Notes: generated from the sequence alone by a model not told the origin. A DNA stretch of 62,421 nucleotides from Gemmatimonadales bacterium (GCA_037385645.1 JARRMU010000016.1:1-62421), one strand, 5' to 3'; positions 28,390-38,469 are shown, counted from the first letter of the stretch. A program made the numbers and translations.

Positions 28390-30420
28390 TCAACGGCCGG
28401 CGGACCCCTCGGAGATCCAGTCCTTCACCTCGCTCTCGTGCTCGGAAGTCGTCAGCAGAACGAGCACGTCCCCGGCCCTCACCCGCGCCTTCCGCTGCGG
28501 AGCGAAGAGCCGGCCCTCCCTTCTGACGAGCGTCACGAGCACCTCGGGCGGCAGGCGGATGTCCCGCAGCTGCAGATCGGCGAGGCGGCGATCGTCTCGT
28601 CCGACCTCGACCTCGATCTGCAGGACATCCTTGAGTTCCTTTCGCCTCATCCCTCTGACGGTGTCGAGGAGCTGCTGATGCTCGTCGCTCACGGTCTTGT
28701 ACGCCCAGATCATCTCGTGCCGCCTGAGGACGCCCGCGACCCGGAGCCCATCCGGGTCGTCCACCACCGGAATCAGCTGGATGTCGCGCTCGGCGAAGCG
28801 GCGGAAGGCTTCGCGCAGCGTGTCGGTCGGTCGCAGGGTCACGACCGAGGTCGACATGATGTCGGCTACGGTTGAAGGGCTCTCGGCGCCGGAGTCGAGC
28901 GCCAGCTCCAGATCCGTTCCGGCCACGATTCCGACCAGCTCACCGGCGGAGTCGACCACGGGCCAGCTTCGTGTTCGCCGGGTGCGGGCCAGCTCGGCGA
29001 GCTTTTCGAGCGGGAGCTCAGGGCTCACGGTGTCGAAGTCGTCGCGCATGGCGTCAACGACCAGCAGAAGGTCGAGCACGCTGACCTCGCGGTGCGGGTC
29101 CTCCATCCCGCCCAGACGAGCAAGCTTGATGGAGTAGATGGAATCGGCGAGCACCCGCGAGCTCGTCAGGTGACTCACGACGACAGCGAGCATGAGCGGG
29201 AGGATGATCTGGTAGTCGTCGGTCATCTCGAACAGGATGAGAATGGCTGTGATCGGCGCGTGAGCCGCGGCCCCGAAAAGCGCTGCCATTCCGACCAAGG
29301 CGTATGCACCCGATGGTGCGGTCCACTCCGGGAAGATTCCGTTGGCCACCAGGCCGAAGGCACCCCCCGCCATCGAGCCCATGAACAGCGCGGGCGCGAA
29401 GACGCCACCGGATCCGCCGGCCGCAAGCGTGAGCGAAGTGGCCAGCATCTTGAGGAACACGAGAAGCAGCATGAGGCCCACTGTGAGCTCGCCTGCCAGT
29501 GCGAGATCCACTCCGTCGTAGCCGACACCGAAGATGAGGGTGCTCCCGAACAGGCCCATCGCCCCGACGGCCAGGCCTCCGGTCGCCGCCTTGAACGTCA
29601 GCGGTTGCTGCCAGTTCTCGAACGCGATCTCCAACCGATCGAGGCTCTTCACGTACAGTGCGGCCAGGAGGCCCAGGAGCGTGCCGAGAAGCAGATACAG
29701 AGGAAATTCCCGCGGGCTGACGACTGAGAACCGATCGAGGAGTCGGAACGCCGGTTCGGGTCCGAGGACCGACCTCGACAGCGCGGTGGCGGCGACCGAG
29801 GAGATCACCACGAGCCCGAATGACCGCGCCGCGAAGGTTCCCAGGATGATCTCCAGGGCGAACAGCACGCCCGCGATCGGTGCGTTGAACGTGGCGCTGA
29901 TCCCGGCCGCGGCTCCACACGCGGCGAGCAGCTTCGTCTGCTCGTGCCCGAATCCGGCCAGCCGGGCCGTCGCACTCCCGAGAGCGGAGCCGATCTGGAC
30001 GATGGGCCCCTCCCGGCCGACCGAGCCGCCGGAACCGATGCTGATCGCGCTCGCGACCGCTTTGACGGCGGCGACGCGGCCCCGGATCCGGCCTCCCCGC
30101 ATCCTCACGGCGTACTGCACCTCCGGCACCCCATGGCCCCTCGCCTCCGGCGCCCATCGTTGCACGATGAGCACGACGATCACCAATCCGATCGCCGGCG
30201 CGAGGAGAATCTGGAGCTCGCTCCAGACTCCGTCGGCCGGAAACAACCCGGCGAGGAAGCCGTCCCCATCGAGGAACACCCACTGCGCCCCCCGAATCAG
30301 CCAGCGAAACGCGATCGCCCACGCCGCCGCCAGCACACCCACGAGCACGGCCAGCAGAACGGGCCCGGCAGCTTCCGAGCGCTGCAGGCGGTACCGCAGG
30401 TTGCGCGGCAGTTGAACCAT
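28390..30420 (-). CDS. ClC-family chloride channel / H+-Cl- exchanger with C-terminal CBS pair and an RCK_C-like domain
   Basis: GSGGSVGREGP, GISATFNAPIAG and GGSGGVFAP selectivity motifs, then CBS-like repeats and an LADLQLRDIRLP....V..VRREGR..AP......RAGDVLVLL RCK_C pattern. Confidence 0.85.
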   Translation of the reverse strand: MVQLPRNLRYRLQRSEAAGPVLLAVLVGVLAAAWAIAFRWLIRGAQWVFLDGDGFLAGLFPADGVWSELQILLAPAIGLVIVVLIVQRWAPEARGHGVPEVQYAVRMRGGRIRGRVAAVKAVASAISIGSGGSVGREGPIVQIGSALGSATARLAGFGHEQTKLLAACGAAAGISATFNAPIAGVLFALEIILGTFAARSFGLVVISSVAATALSRSVLGPEPAFRLLDRFSVVSPREFPLYLLLGTLLGLLAALYVKSLDRLEIAFENWQQPLTFKAATGGLAVGAMGLFGSTLIFGVGYDGVDLALAGELTVGLMLLLVFLKMLATSLTLAAGGSGGVFAPALFMGSMAGGAFGLVANGIFPEWTAPSGAYALVGMAALFGAAAHAPITAILILFEMTDDYQIILPLMLAVVVSHLTSSRVLADSIYSIKLARLGGMEDPHREVSVLDLLLVVDAMRDDFDTVSPELPLEKLAELARTRRTRSWPVVDSAGELVGIVAGTDLELALDSGAESPSTVADIMSTSVVTLRPTDTLREAFRRFAERDIQLIPVVDDPDGLRVAGVLRRHEMIWAYKTVSDEHQQLLDTVRGMRRKELKDVLQIEVEVGRDDRRLADLQLRDIRLPPEVLVTLVRREGRLFAPQRKARVRAGDVLVLLTTSEHESEVKDWISEGSAGR

Positions 30421-30548
30421 CGAGAGAGTCTCTCCGTGAAGGTTTCGATGGTGAGGATGGCGGATGGGCCCGCTTGTTCGAAAGGGCGTCTACCCATTCG
30501 AGGAGTGAGCGTGACCGAGCAAATGGAGCGTATCGGGACAAGCGATTG

Positions 30549-31205
30549 ATGGTCGCTCCCTTCCTTCTCGGCGCGCTCGCCATCGTGCTCATGCTCGCCT
30601 ACTGGCGACCGGGAGCGGGGGTCGTGGTCGCGATCCTGTTGCTCCTCCTCCTGCCGGGACGCTGGTGGCGATGGAAGACCCGGCGCTTCCACCGCGGGCT
30701 TCGAGCCTTGAAGGGGGGTGCCGCCTCGGAGGCCCGAACCGAGTTCGAGCAGTTCCTGAGCGAGTTCGAGGGCGAGCCACGACTCGATCGCTGGCAGCCG
30801 GTCTTCAACCTCGGGCGGCGTTACTCATACGGTGGCGCGGCGCACGCGAACATCGGCGTCACGTGGCTCCACGAGGGGGAGCCTGACAAGGCGCTCCGTC
30901 ACTTCGAGATCGCGCGCCGTTTGGACGAGACTTCCGCCCAGGCCGCGTTCGGCGAGGCGGCGGCCCGGCGGCGGCTGGGACAGCTGCGCAAAGCCGAAAA
31001 GGCGGCGGAGCGGGCGACGGAGCTCCGGCCGAGCTACCTGCCGGCGCGGCTGCTCCTCGCCGAGATCCGCCGCGCGCGGGGCGATGAGGAAGGAGCGGCG
31101 GAGGTGCTTCGGCCTCTGGCGGAGGACGGCCGCGATCCCGACTCTCTTATCCAGGAGATGCTGTCGCAGTGGCCGGAATCGGCTGACAAGGAGGAGCCAC
31201 GATGA
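30549..31205 (+). CDS. Membrane-anchored TPR-repeat protein
   Basis: Two N-terminal hydrophobic segments followed by TPR-like helices (ALRHFEIARRLD, AEKAAERATELRP). ATG 30549 is preferred over TTG 30474. Confidence 0.5.
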   Translation: MVAPFLLGALAIVLMLAYWRPGAGVVVAILLLLLLPGRWWRWKTRRFHRGLRALKGGAASEARTEFEQFLSEFEGEPRLDRWQPVFNLGRRYSYGGAAHANIGVTWLHEGEPDKALRHFEIARRLDETSAQAAFGEAAARRRLGQLRKAEKAAERATELRPSYLPARLLLAEIRRARGDEEGAAEVLRPLAEDGRDPDSLIQEMLSQWPESADKEEPR

Positions 31206-32242
31206 CGGATCGGGTCGGGTTCACGCTGGCGAGGCTGATCGTTCTTTCAGTCCCGGCGGTGGCCGCTTCACTCGGCGTCAGCCCCAACGATGTCCACGCG
31301 CAGGAGTCGCGGGCCGAATGGGCGATCGCCGTGCATGGCGGCGCGGGCACCGCACGCCCCGAGGACGTCGGCGGGGACCGCGAGCGTCAGTTCCGCGAGA
31401 AGCTGACTGAGGCCCTCTCGGCCGGAGGCGAGATCCTGGCAGCCGGCGGACGCGCTCTCGATGCCGTCGAGATGGCGATCCGGGTCATGGAGGACTCGCC
31501 GCTTTTCAACGCCGGAAAGGGAGCAGTCTTCACCCACGATGGGCGCAACGAGCTCGACGCTTCGATCATGGACGGCGCGACCCTGGAGGCTGGAGCCGTG
31601 GCGGCCGTCCACCACGTGAAGAACCCGATCACGCTCGCCAGGCACGTCATGGATTCTTCGCCCCACGTCCTGATTGGGGGTGCGGGCGCCGAGGAGTTTG
31701 CGCTCGAGCAGGGGATCGAGCTCGTGCCTACGTCCTACTTCTTCACGGAGTCCCGCTGGCGCTCCCTGCAGCGGGCGTTGGAGGCGGAGCAGAGCGCGGA
31801 GGCCCGGGGAAGCCGCGAGCTGGGCGCCGCCGGCACCGTCGGCGTCGTCGCCCTGGATAGGAACGGGGATCTGGCCGCGGGGACCTCGACGGGCGGCCGA
31901 ACCAACAAGCGCTATGGCCGCATCGGGGACTCTCCGATCGTCGGCGCGGGCACCTATGCCGACAACGACGCCTGCGCCGTCTCGGGGACCGGGCACGGCG
32001 AGTTCTTCATCACGAATGCCGTGGCCTACGACATCTGCGCGCGCGTCCGATATCTGGATGAGACGATTCGAGACGCCGCCGACTACGTCGTGATGGGCGT
32101 GCTCGTCGAGCAAGGCGCCGACGGCGGCGTGATCGCCATGGACCCGAACGGAGACGTGGCAATGCCCTTCAACACGTCCGCGATGCTCAGAGGGTATCTA
32201 CGGGCCGGTACCGAACCGGAGGTGGCGATCTTCAGGGATTGA
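31202..32242 (+). CDS. iaaA: Isoaspartyl peptidase / L-asparaginase (plant-type Ntn hydrolase), secreted
   Basis: Signal peptide, HGGAG, and the autoprocessing site GTVGVVALD. ATGA overlap with the TPR gene. Confidence 0.85.
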   Translation: MTDRVGFTLARLIVLSVPAVAASLGVSPNDVHAQESRAEWAIAVHGGAGTARPEDVGGDRERQFREKLTEALSAGGEILAAGGRALDAVEMAIRVMEDSPLFNAGKGAVFTHDGRNELDASIMDGATLEAGAVAAVHHVKNPITLARHVMDSSPHVLIGGAGAEEFALEQGIELVPTSYFFTESRWRSLQRALEAEQSAEARGSRELGAAGTVGVVALDRNGDLAAGTSTGGRTNKRYGRIGDSPIVGAGTYADNDACAVSGTGHGEFFITNAVAYDICARVRYLDETIRDAADYVVMGVLVEQGADGGVIAMDPNGDVAMPFNTSAMLRGYLRAGTEPEVAIFRD

Positions 32243-32269
32243 GCCGTGTGTTTTGTGATGGGAGTATGC

Positions 32270-33139
32270 CTAGGCCCCCGCGATCAGAAGCACTCCCGCC
32301 AAAATTACCACCGCACCCGCCAGCCGTTCGCGCAGCCGCGGCTCGCCGAACAGGAGGGCGCCTAGAATCACCGTGACGATCGCGCCACTACGTTTGATGG
32401 AGATGACGTAGGCGGCCAAGACGCGGCGGAGCGCCTCCATCTGCACGATGAACATCAGGGCGAAGAGCAGGCCCTGGATCGCGAGAAGCCACCCGGTCCG
32501 TCTCGACAGGGCCGACTTGAACCCCTCGCCACGCCGCATCACGAGCGGCGCGAACGCGAGGCCGATCACACCGGTCTGGAACGTCCCGTAGAAAGCGGTC
32601 GATGAGGAGATCGTGGCTACCTTGTCCACGACGGCGCTAATCGACCAGATGGCCGCCACCGCCAGCATCCTCCGTGCGCCCGGGTCTCGGAAGACGGCCG
32701 TTAGGGGCGCCAATAGACCCGAGCGTCGCTCCGAGAAGTTGAGTAGATAGACGCCTGTGACGACGAGCAGGATGCCTCCCGCGCCCTGCAATCCCGGAAG
32801 GTCACCTAGCAGCACCCATTCGATCGGCATCACGAAGATCGGCGTGAGCGCCAGGAGCGGATAAGTGAACCCGAGGTCGCTCTTCTGGATCGCCGACACG
32901 TATAGGTAGAACGACACCAGGTTGATCGTGACGTTGGTGAGGAGCGCCGGCCAGAACCGTGGCCCGACCGATTCCGGCGCTCCCTGGATGGCCAGGTAGA
33001 TCGCGAGGACGGGAAAGGCGAAGGCGAAGATCGCCCAGCTGGCGGCGGGGCCCGAGACTCTGCGGATGATCCACTTCGTCCACACGCCCTGCAGGCCGTA
33101 GAACAGGGCAGTCGCGAGTCCGAGCCAAAGCCAGCTCAA
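32270..33139 (-). CDS. EamA/DMT-family transporter
   Basis: 10-TM pattern in two EamA-like halves, 289 aa. Confidence 0.7.
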   Translation of the reverse strand: MSWLWLGLATALFYGLQGVWTKWIIRRVSGPAASWAIFAFAFPVLAIYLAIQGAPESVGPRFWPALLTNVTINLVSFYLYVSAIQKSDLGFTYPLLALTPIFVMPIEWVLLGDLPGLQGAGGILLVVTGVYLLNFSERRSGLLAPLTAVFRDPGARRMLAVAAIWSISAVVDKVATISSSTAFYGTFQTGVIGLAFAPLVMRRGEGFKSALSRRTGWLLAIQGLLFALMFIVQMEALRRVLAAYVISIKRSGAIVTVILGALLFGEPRLRERLAGAVVILAGVLLIAGA

Positions 33140-33296
33140 CGGGAGCGGGGCGTCTGGTGGGACCGAGAGGAGGTCACGGAGCGCGAGGTGGGACCGCCAC
33201 GTCTCGAGAAGCTAGAGAAACAGCAACGCTCCGGAGCGGGCACCGGCTCGGACTGGGGCCGCAGGTGAATGGCGATGAGCGCTGGAATAGACGTCG

Positions 33297-33316
33297 AGCC
33301 GGCCGTTGAGCCGGCT
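33297..33316 (-). terminator. Hairpin AGCCGGC-(6 nt)-GCCGGCT immediately downstream of the copper-protein gene stop
   Basis: Perfect 7-bp stem read directly from the sequence; no U-tract. Confidence 0.35.
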
Positions 33317-33321
33317 GTCAG

Positions 33322-34566
33322 CTAGCCGTTGCCCTGCTTCTCGCCTCCCTGCCCGGAGTGGTCGTGCCCGCCCGCCTTCTCCGGCTCGGGATGGTGGCCG
33401 GACGGCATCTCCATATCGCTCATGTCCTCCGCGCTGCCCTCGCCTTCGCCGGCCGCCGGCATCTCCATGTCGCTCATGCCCTCCATCGGCCGGGCGCTGT
33501 GACCGCCGCCGTGCCCGCCGTGTCCGTGGCCCTCCATTCGGTCGGGCGCGGTGATCGTGTTGTTCAGGTCCAGGATATAGGCCGGGTCGTTCGGGTCGCA
33601 CGGAGGCCACTCACCGTCGCCCATGATGGCGACGACCCCGCCGATCGCACCCATGCCCATGTCGGGCGCCGGAACGTCCAGCGGGTTCTCGTACTCCACG
33701 ACGATCCGGTACTCGCGGTCCTTGGAGATCTCCTTCCCGAGCTGGAGGAGGAACTTCGAGCTCGGCACGCCCACCATCCGTCCGGCCTCGTTATACTCGG
33801 GCTCAGCCCGCCACAGCACCTCGCCGGTCATGGCGTCCTCGAGACGAAGCTCGGTCGCGTAGTCGTGCACGTGGCAGCCGATCCCCAGAATCCGGGCATC
33901 CACGGCGGGACGGGCCGTGTAGGAGCGCTCCGTATGCCCGGGCGGCACCTCGAAGTCCTTCACGCCATCGAAGCCCATCACGTCCAGGTAGAACGGATAG
34001 ACCGCCATGGGCTTGATCAGCCCCTCATCGGCCTGGCTGTACAAGAGCTTGAAGTGCAGGTAGACGTCGGCGAAGTCCTCGCCCAGCGGATTGCCGAACA
34101 TCGTGGCGATCAGCATCCGGCCGCCTTCGTCTAGCGGAAAGCCGATCACGCCGGGGATGGACTCACGCTGGTTCTCCCGGCCCGCGGCGAGGACGCGGCG
34201 GGAGATCGGTGTGAACAGCTCTCGGTTGTCCGGATCGATCAGGTTGACATGGTGAAGCAGGTCAGCCGGCAGAGCCTCACCGTCGCCGTTTCGGATCTCC
34301 CACTCGAAGCCGTGCATGTAGGCGTCGAAGGGAAGCTTGACCCACTGCATCGGCAGGCGGATGTGCGGGCCATCCGCCGGAAGATCGACGGGTCCGATCA
34401 CGAACTCGAGCGCCTCGCCCGGATGGTCGATGAGCGTGAGGCTATCGTCGCTGTCGACAGTCACGGCCGGTGCTTCCGGACCGCAACTCGCCATGCTCGC
34501 CGCCAGGCCGAGGGTCAGTGCCGCGGCCGACATGTTCTTCAAACAACTTCGTCGCAAAGATCGCAT
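33322..34566 (-). CDS. Lipoprotein with PHM/DBH-like (copper type II monooxygenase-like) His/Met signature and a Met/His-rich C-terminal tail
   Basis: ATG 34566 gives MRSLRRSCLKNMSAAALTLGLAASMASC (signal plus lipobox-like Cys). HH at residues 105-106, H171, HxH at 232/234, and M303/M305, with local contexts resembling PHM. The tail is GHGHGGHGGGH...MSDMEMP...MSDMEMPSGHH. The upstream part of track ORF 33322..34899 is Arg/Pro-rich and was rejected. Confidence 0.55.
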   Translation of the reverse strand: MRSLRRSCLKNMSAAALTLGLAASMASCGPEAPAVTVDSDDSLTLIDHPGEALEFVIGPVDLPADGPHIRLPMQWVKLPFDAYMHGFEWEIRNGDGEALPADLLHHVNLIDPDNRELFTPISRRVLAAGRENQRESIPGVIGFPLDEGGRMLIATMFGNPLGEDFADVYLHFKLLYSQADEGLIKPMAVYPFYLDVMGFDGVKDFEVPPGHTERSYTARPAVDARILGIGCHVHDYATELRLEDAMTGEVLWRAEPEYNEAGRMVGVPSSKFLLQLGKEISKDREYRIVVEYENPLDVPAPDMGMGAIGGVVAIMGDGEWPPCDPNDPAYILDLNNTITAPDRMEGHGHGGHGGGHSARPMEGMSDMEMPAAGEGEGSAEDMSDMEMPSGHHPEPEKAGGHDHSGQGGEKQGNG

Positions 34567-34780
34567 CGAAAAAAGCTCGGTCTCGGGTTTATCTGGCTCG
34601 GCTCTCAAGCTCGCTGCTGCCGGCGCTCGGTTGTCAGGAGCGCGGTGCGGCCTGCTACGGTGGCGTCCGAGGTGCGGTCGGTCACGTCGCCTGGAGACAC
34701 CTGGACGGCCGCCCACGTTCCCGGTGGACACCGGCCCCACGGCCGGCTCGAGTTGGTGCAGATGGCGCGGAGCGCGACCG

Positions 34781-35026
34781 TCAGGGAGGCGGTACGTCGA
34801 AGTATACGTAATTCTTGGCGATGAAGGCGCTCCACTCCTCGGGGACCTCATCGTCCGGGAAGATCGCCTCCACCGGACACTCCGGCACACAGGCGCCACA
34901 GTCGATGCACTCCTCGGGGTGGATGTAGAACATGTCCTCCCCCTCGTAGATGCAGTCTACTGGGCATACGTCGACGCACGACGCATCCTTGGTGTCGATG
35001 CAGGGCTGCGTAATGATATAGGTCAT
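34781..35026 (-). CDS. fdxA: 7Fe ([3Fe-4S][4Fe-4S]) ferredoxin, FdxA type
   Basis: [29 protein letters not shown]....[27 protein letters not shown] lies 5 nt upstream of ATG 35026. Confidence 0.9.
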   Translation of the reverse strand: MTYIITQPCIDTKDASCVDVCPVDCIYEGEDMFYIHPEECIDCGACVPECPVEAIFPDDEVPEEWSAFIAKNYVYFDVPPP

Positions 35027-35301
35027 GGGGCTCCGAGTGGCGTCGTCGGTGTGCCTTGCCGGCGAAGCCCGGTTCCGCCGGCGCCGGTGAGAATATCGCG
35101 GACCTGGCACTTCTGCAACCGAGTTGAATAGTCGGCATTCCGGTGGACCTCCACCCCCATCCGGGGTATGTTTGCACGTCGCATTCGGGCTGGTTCGCGC
35201 CGGAACGCATCGCGCGCGATGGCGGCCGTTTACGAAGACACCGACGCCTCGTCTCCCCGCGAACTGTGCTGGGTGACGGGGCTTCGCCGTCGAAGGAACG
35301 G

Positions 35302-36243
35302 ATGAAACATCTCACGGTTCTGACAGCTTCAGACGCCCTCGACGCCTCGAACGGGACCGAGCACTGGCCCGCGCGGAAGCCTGACTGGCTGAAGGTCCGC
35401 GCGCCCGGTGGCTCGAACTACCGTCGCCTCAAGACGCTCATGCGCGGCGGAGAGCTGCACTCGGTGTGCGAGGAAGCGCATTGCCCGAACATCGGGGAGT
35501 GCTGGGAGGCCGGCACGGCCACCTTCCTCATCATGGGCGACATCTGCACCCGGAACTGCCCCTACTGCGCCATCGCCCACGGCCGGCCGGAGGAGCTGGA
35601 CGAGGACGAGCCGCGGCGGGTCGCCGAGGCCGTGGCGAGATTACAGCTGAACCACGTCGTCGTCACGTCGGTGGACCGCGATGACCTTCCGGACGGCGGA
35701 GCCTGGATCTTCGCCGAGGTCATTCGTGAGATCAGGGAGCGACTGCCCGCGTGCTCCATCGAGGTCCTCACGCCCGATTTTCGCGGGGACCGACGGGCGA
35801 TCCGAAGGGTGGTCGAAGCCGGTCCGGAGATCTTCAACCATAACATGGAAACCGTCCGGCGGATGCACCGGACAGCGAGGCCGGGCGGGCGTTACGATCG
35901 CTCGCTTCGGGTTCTCTCCGACGCCAGGAAGATGGATGACGAGGTGCTCATAAAGACCGGCATCATGCTCGGCCTCGGCGAAGCTCCCGATGACGTGCTC
36001 GAGTTCATGCACGATGCCGTGAACGCGGGCGTGCAGATCCTCACACTGGGGCAGTACCTGCGGCCCTCGTCGGAACATCTGCCGATTCATCGGTACGTGG
36101 CGCCCGAGGAGTTCGTCGAGTGGAAGCGGATCGGCGAGGAGCTCGGGCTGCTCCACGTGGAAAGCGGCGCTCTCGTTCGAAGCAGCTACCACGCGCGAGA
36201 GCAGGTCGAGGAGCTCAAAGCTCGCGCGGCGGCGTTGAGCTGA
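35302..36243 (+). CDS. lipA: Lipoyl synthase
   Basis: [12 protein letters not shown] and CTRNCPYC cluster motifs. AAGGA RBS before ATG 35302; the track start 35143 was rejected. Confidence 0.92.
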   Translation: MKHLTVLTASDALDASNGTEHWPARKPDWLKVRAPGGSNYRRLKTLMRGGELHSVCEEAHCPNIGECWEAGTATFLIMGDICTRNCPYCAIAHGRPEELDEDEPRRVAEAVARLQLNHVVVTSVDRDDLPDGGAWIFAEVIREIRERLPACSIEVLTPDFRGDRRAIRRVVEAGPEIFNHNMETVRRMHRTARPGGRYDRSLRVLSDARKMDDEVLIKTGIMLGLGEAPDDVLEFMHDAVNAGVQILTLGQYLRPSSEHLPIHRYVAPEEFVEWKRIGEELGLLHVESGALVRSSYHAREQVEELKARAAALS

Positions 36244-36307
36244 GTAGGCGCCGCTTCTGACCGTTCCCGGAGAACGCTCCCTAACGAGCCGGACCGAACA
36301 AGCGACC

Positions 36308-37405
36308 ATGGCAACGAAAGAGACCAGCGCGCACGGCAACGCGCCCCCGCAGGACACGCGATCGGACCGCGACGCGGCGGATCGGTCCGACCTCCTGGGC
36401 CTCGAGGATGGCGAGCTCAGGGAGCTGCTGCGGCTGATGATCCTGGCCAGGCGCTTCGAGGAGAAGACCGCCGAATCCTACCAGCTCGGCAAGATCGGTG
36501 GGTTCCTGCATCTCTACGTCGGCCAGGAGGCCGTGGCCGCGGGCGCCATCACGGCGTTGCGCGAGGACGACTACGTGATCTCGGCGTACCGCGAGCACGC
36601 GCACGCTCTCGTGCGCGGCGTCTCCGCCCGCGCCGTGATGGCAGAGCTGTACGGGCGGGCGACCGGGTGCTCGAAGGGGATGGGTGGCTCCATGCACCTC
36701 TTCGACCGCTCCGTAAACTTCTTGGGTGGGCACGCGATCGTCGGCTCGCACCTGCCGATCGCGGCCGGGGTTGGCTACGCGATCCGGTACCGGGGTGGCG
36801 ATCAGGTCTGCCTATGCTTCTTCGGGGACGCGGCGGTGAACATCGGCGCCTTCCACGAGGCCCTGAACATGGCCGCGAAGTGGGAGTTGCCGGTCGTATG
36901 GGTCATCGAAAACAACGCCTACGGAATGGGCACGGGGATCCGGCGATCGGCGGCGATCACGCAGCTGGTAGACCGGGCCTGCGCCTACGAGGGAATGGCC
37001 TCCGCGCAGGTCGACGGGATGGATGTCCTGCAGATGCGGGCCACCATCGACGAAGCCGTCCGGATCGCCCGGGAGGAGAAGCGACCGTCCCTCATCGAGG
37101 CGATCACCTACCGCTTCATGGGACACTCGATGGCCGATCCCTCCCACGGCACCTACCGGGCCCGCGAGGAAGTAGAGGAATGGAGGGAGGACGACCCGAT
37201 CCTCACGCTTGGCGACCGGTTGATCGAAGCGGGCCTGATGACCGCCGAGGAGTACGAGGCGATGGACCGCGCCGTGATCGAGGAGGTCGAGGAGTCGGCC
37301 GATTTCGCGGACGCCAGCCCCCGGCCGGACGAGAGCCACATCTACGACCTCGTCTACTCGGACGAGTATCCCCACGGCCTGGACCGGAGGGACAGATGGC
37401 GGTGA
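36308..37405 (+). CDS. pdhA: Pyruvate dehydrogenase E1 component, alpha subunit
   Basis: GFLHLYVGQEA, and the TPP motif FFGDAAVNIGAFHEALNMAA...VIENNAYGMGT. Confidence 0.9.
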   Translation: MATKETSAHGNAPPQDTRSDRDAADRSDLLGLEDGELRELLRLMILARRFEEKTAESYQLGKIGGFLHLYVGQEAVAAGAITALREDDYVISAYREHAHALVRGVSARAVMAELYGRATGCSKGMGGSMHLFDRSVNFLGGHAIVGSHLPIAAGVGYAIRYRGGDQVCLCFFGDAAVNIGAFHEALNMAAKWELPVVWVIENNAYGMGTGIRRSAAITQLVDRACAYEGMASAQVDGMDVLQMRATIDEAVRIAREEKRPSLIEAITYRFMGHSMADPSHGTYRAREEVEEWREDDPILTLGDRLIEAGLMTAEEYEAMDRAVIEEVEESADFADASPRPDESHIYDLVYSDEYPHGLDRRDRWR

Positions 37406-38382
37406 TCACCTACCGCGAGGCCCTCAATGAAGCGCTTCGTGAAGAGATGGCGCGCGACGAGAGCGTCTTCCTGATCGGAGAGGAGGTCGCAGAGTACGAC
37501 GGAGCCTACAAGGTGTCCAAGAACCTGCTGGAGGAGTTCGGGGAGTGGCGCGTGAGGGACGCGCCGATCGCCGAGCTGGGGTTCGCCGGCCTCGGGGTGG
37601 GCGCGGCGATGGTCGGGTTGAGGCCGATCGTCGAGTTCATGACCTGGAACTTCGCGCTGCTCGCCATCGACCAGGTCATCAACAGCGCCGCCAAGCTCTA
37701 CCAGATGTCGGGCGGCCAATACAACGTCCCGATCGTCTTCCGGGGCCCCGGAGGCGCGGCGCTCATGCTGGCCGCGCAGCACTCGCAGGCGCCCGAGCCG
37801 TGGCTCGCGTACGTGCCGGGCCTGAAGGTCTGCTCGCCCGCCACGCCGTATGATGCAAAAGGGCTCCTGAAGTCGGCCGTCAGGGACAACGATCCGGTCG
37901 TCTTCATCGAGGGCGAGCTCCTCTACAACGTGAAGGGCGAGGTGCCCGAAGACGAAGAAGTCCTGGTGCCGATTGGCTCGGCGGACGTGAAGCGGCAGGG
38001 GGACGACGTCACGATTGTCACCTATGGGAAGATGGTGCACGAGGCGTGGAGGGCCGCCGAGACGCTGGCGACCGAAGATGGGGTCGAGGCCGAGATCCTC
38101 GATCTGCGGACGGTGCGACCCATCGACGTCCCATCGGTTCTCGCCTCGGTCCAGAAGACGAACCGTGCGGTGATCGTCGAAGAGGGATGGCCGGTCGCCA
38201 ACATCGGGGCTCAACTCGTGGACGACATCCAGCGTGACGCGTTCGACGCCCTCGATGCCCCCGTAGCCCGGGTGACAGGGCTGGACGTCCCCATGCCCTA
38301 TGCCCGCAACCTCGAGAAACTGGTGCTCCCGTCCGCCGAGAACATTCGCGCTGCCGCCCGGGATGTCTGCTATGTGTCGTAA
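37396..38382 (+). CDS. pdhB: Pyruvate dehydrogenase E1 component, beta subunit
   Basis: MAVITYREALNEALREEMARDESVFLIGEEVAEYDGAYKVS and following sequence. The start overlaps the pdhA end by 10 nt. Confidence 0.9.
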   Translation: MAVITYREALNEALREEMARDESVFLIGEEVAEYDGAYKVSKNLLEEFGEWRVRDAPIAELGFAGLGVGAAMVGLRPIVEFMTWNFALLAIDQVINSAAKLYQMSGGQYNVPIVFRGPGGAALMLAAQHSQAPEPWLAYVPGLKVCSPATPYDAKGLLKSAVRDNDPVVFIEGELLYNVKGEVPEDEEVLVPIGSADVKRQGDDVTIVTYGKMVHEAWRAAETLATEDGVEAEILDLRTVRPIDVPSVLASVQKTNRAVIVEEGWPVANIGAQLVDDIQRDAFDALDAPVARVTGLDVPMPYARNLEKLVLPSAENIRAAARDVCYVS

Positions 38383-38469
38383 TGTACGGCTAGCGATAGA
38401 CTATCGGCACGATATGTATATTGTGAGTGATAATCCGCCACGACCGCGCACCGGAAGGGGCGATATCTA

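Noticed and set aside
33322-34899. Full 525-aa track ORF for the copper-protein gene.
   Set aside because: The first 111 codons are Arg/Pro/Ser-rich with no signal peptide. The internal ATG at 34566 gives a canonical signal plus lipobox, so the shorter model was used.
35143-35301. Upstream extensions of track ORFs: lipA from 35143, polyprenyl synthase from 4991, decarboxylase from 9489, pdhB from 36667, kup N-part from 24502, porin from 59246.
   Set aside because: The extensions read through the upstream gene or intergenic DNA in another frame and lack homology. Internal starts with RBS or start/stop overlap fit the conserved N-termini.
38394-38406. Palindrome CGATAG-A-CTATCG in the AT-rich pdhB-pdhC spacer, considered as an operator or terminator.
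   Set aside because: It is only 6 bp per arm with a 1-nt spacer, too short to fold as a hairpin and statistically weak as a binding site. It is mentioned under the PDH finding only.
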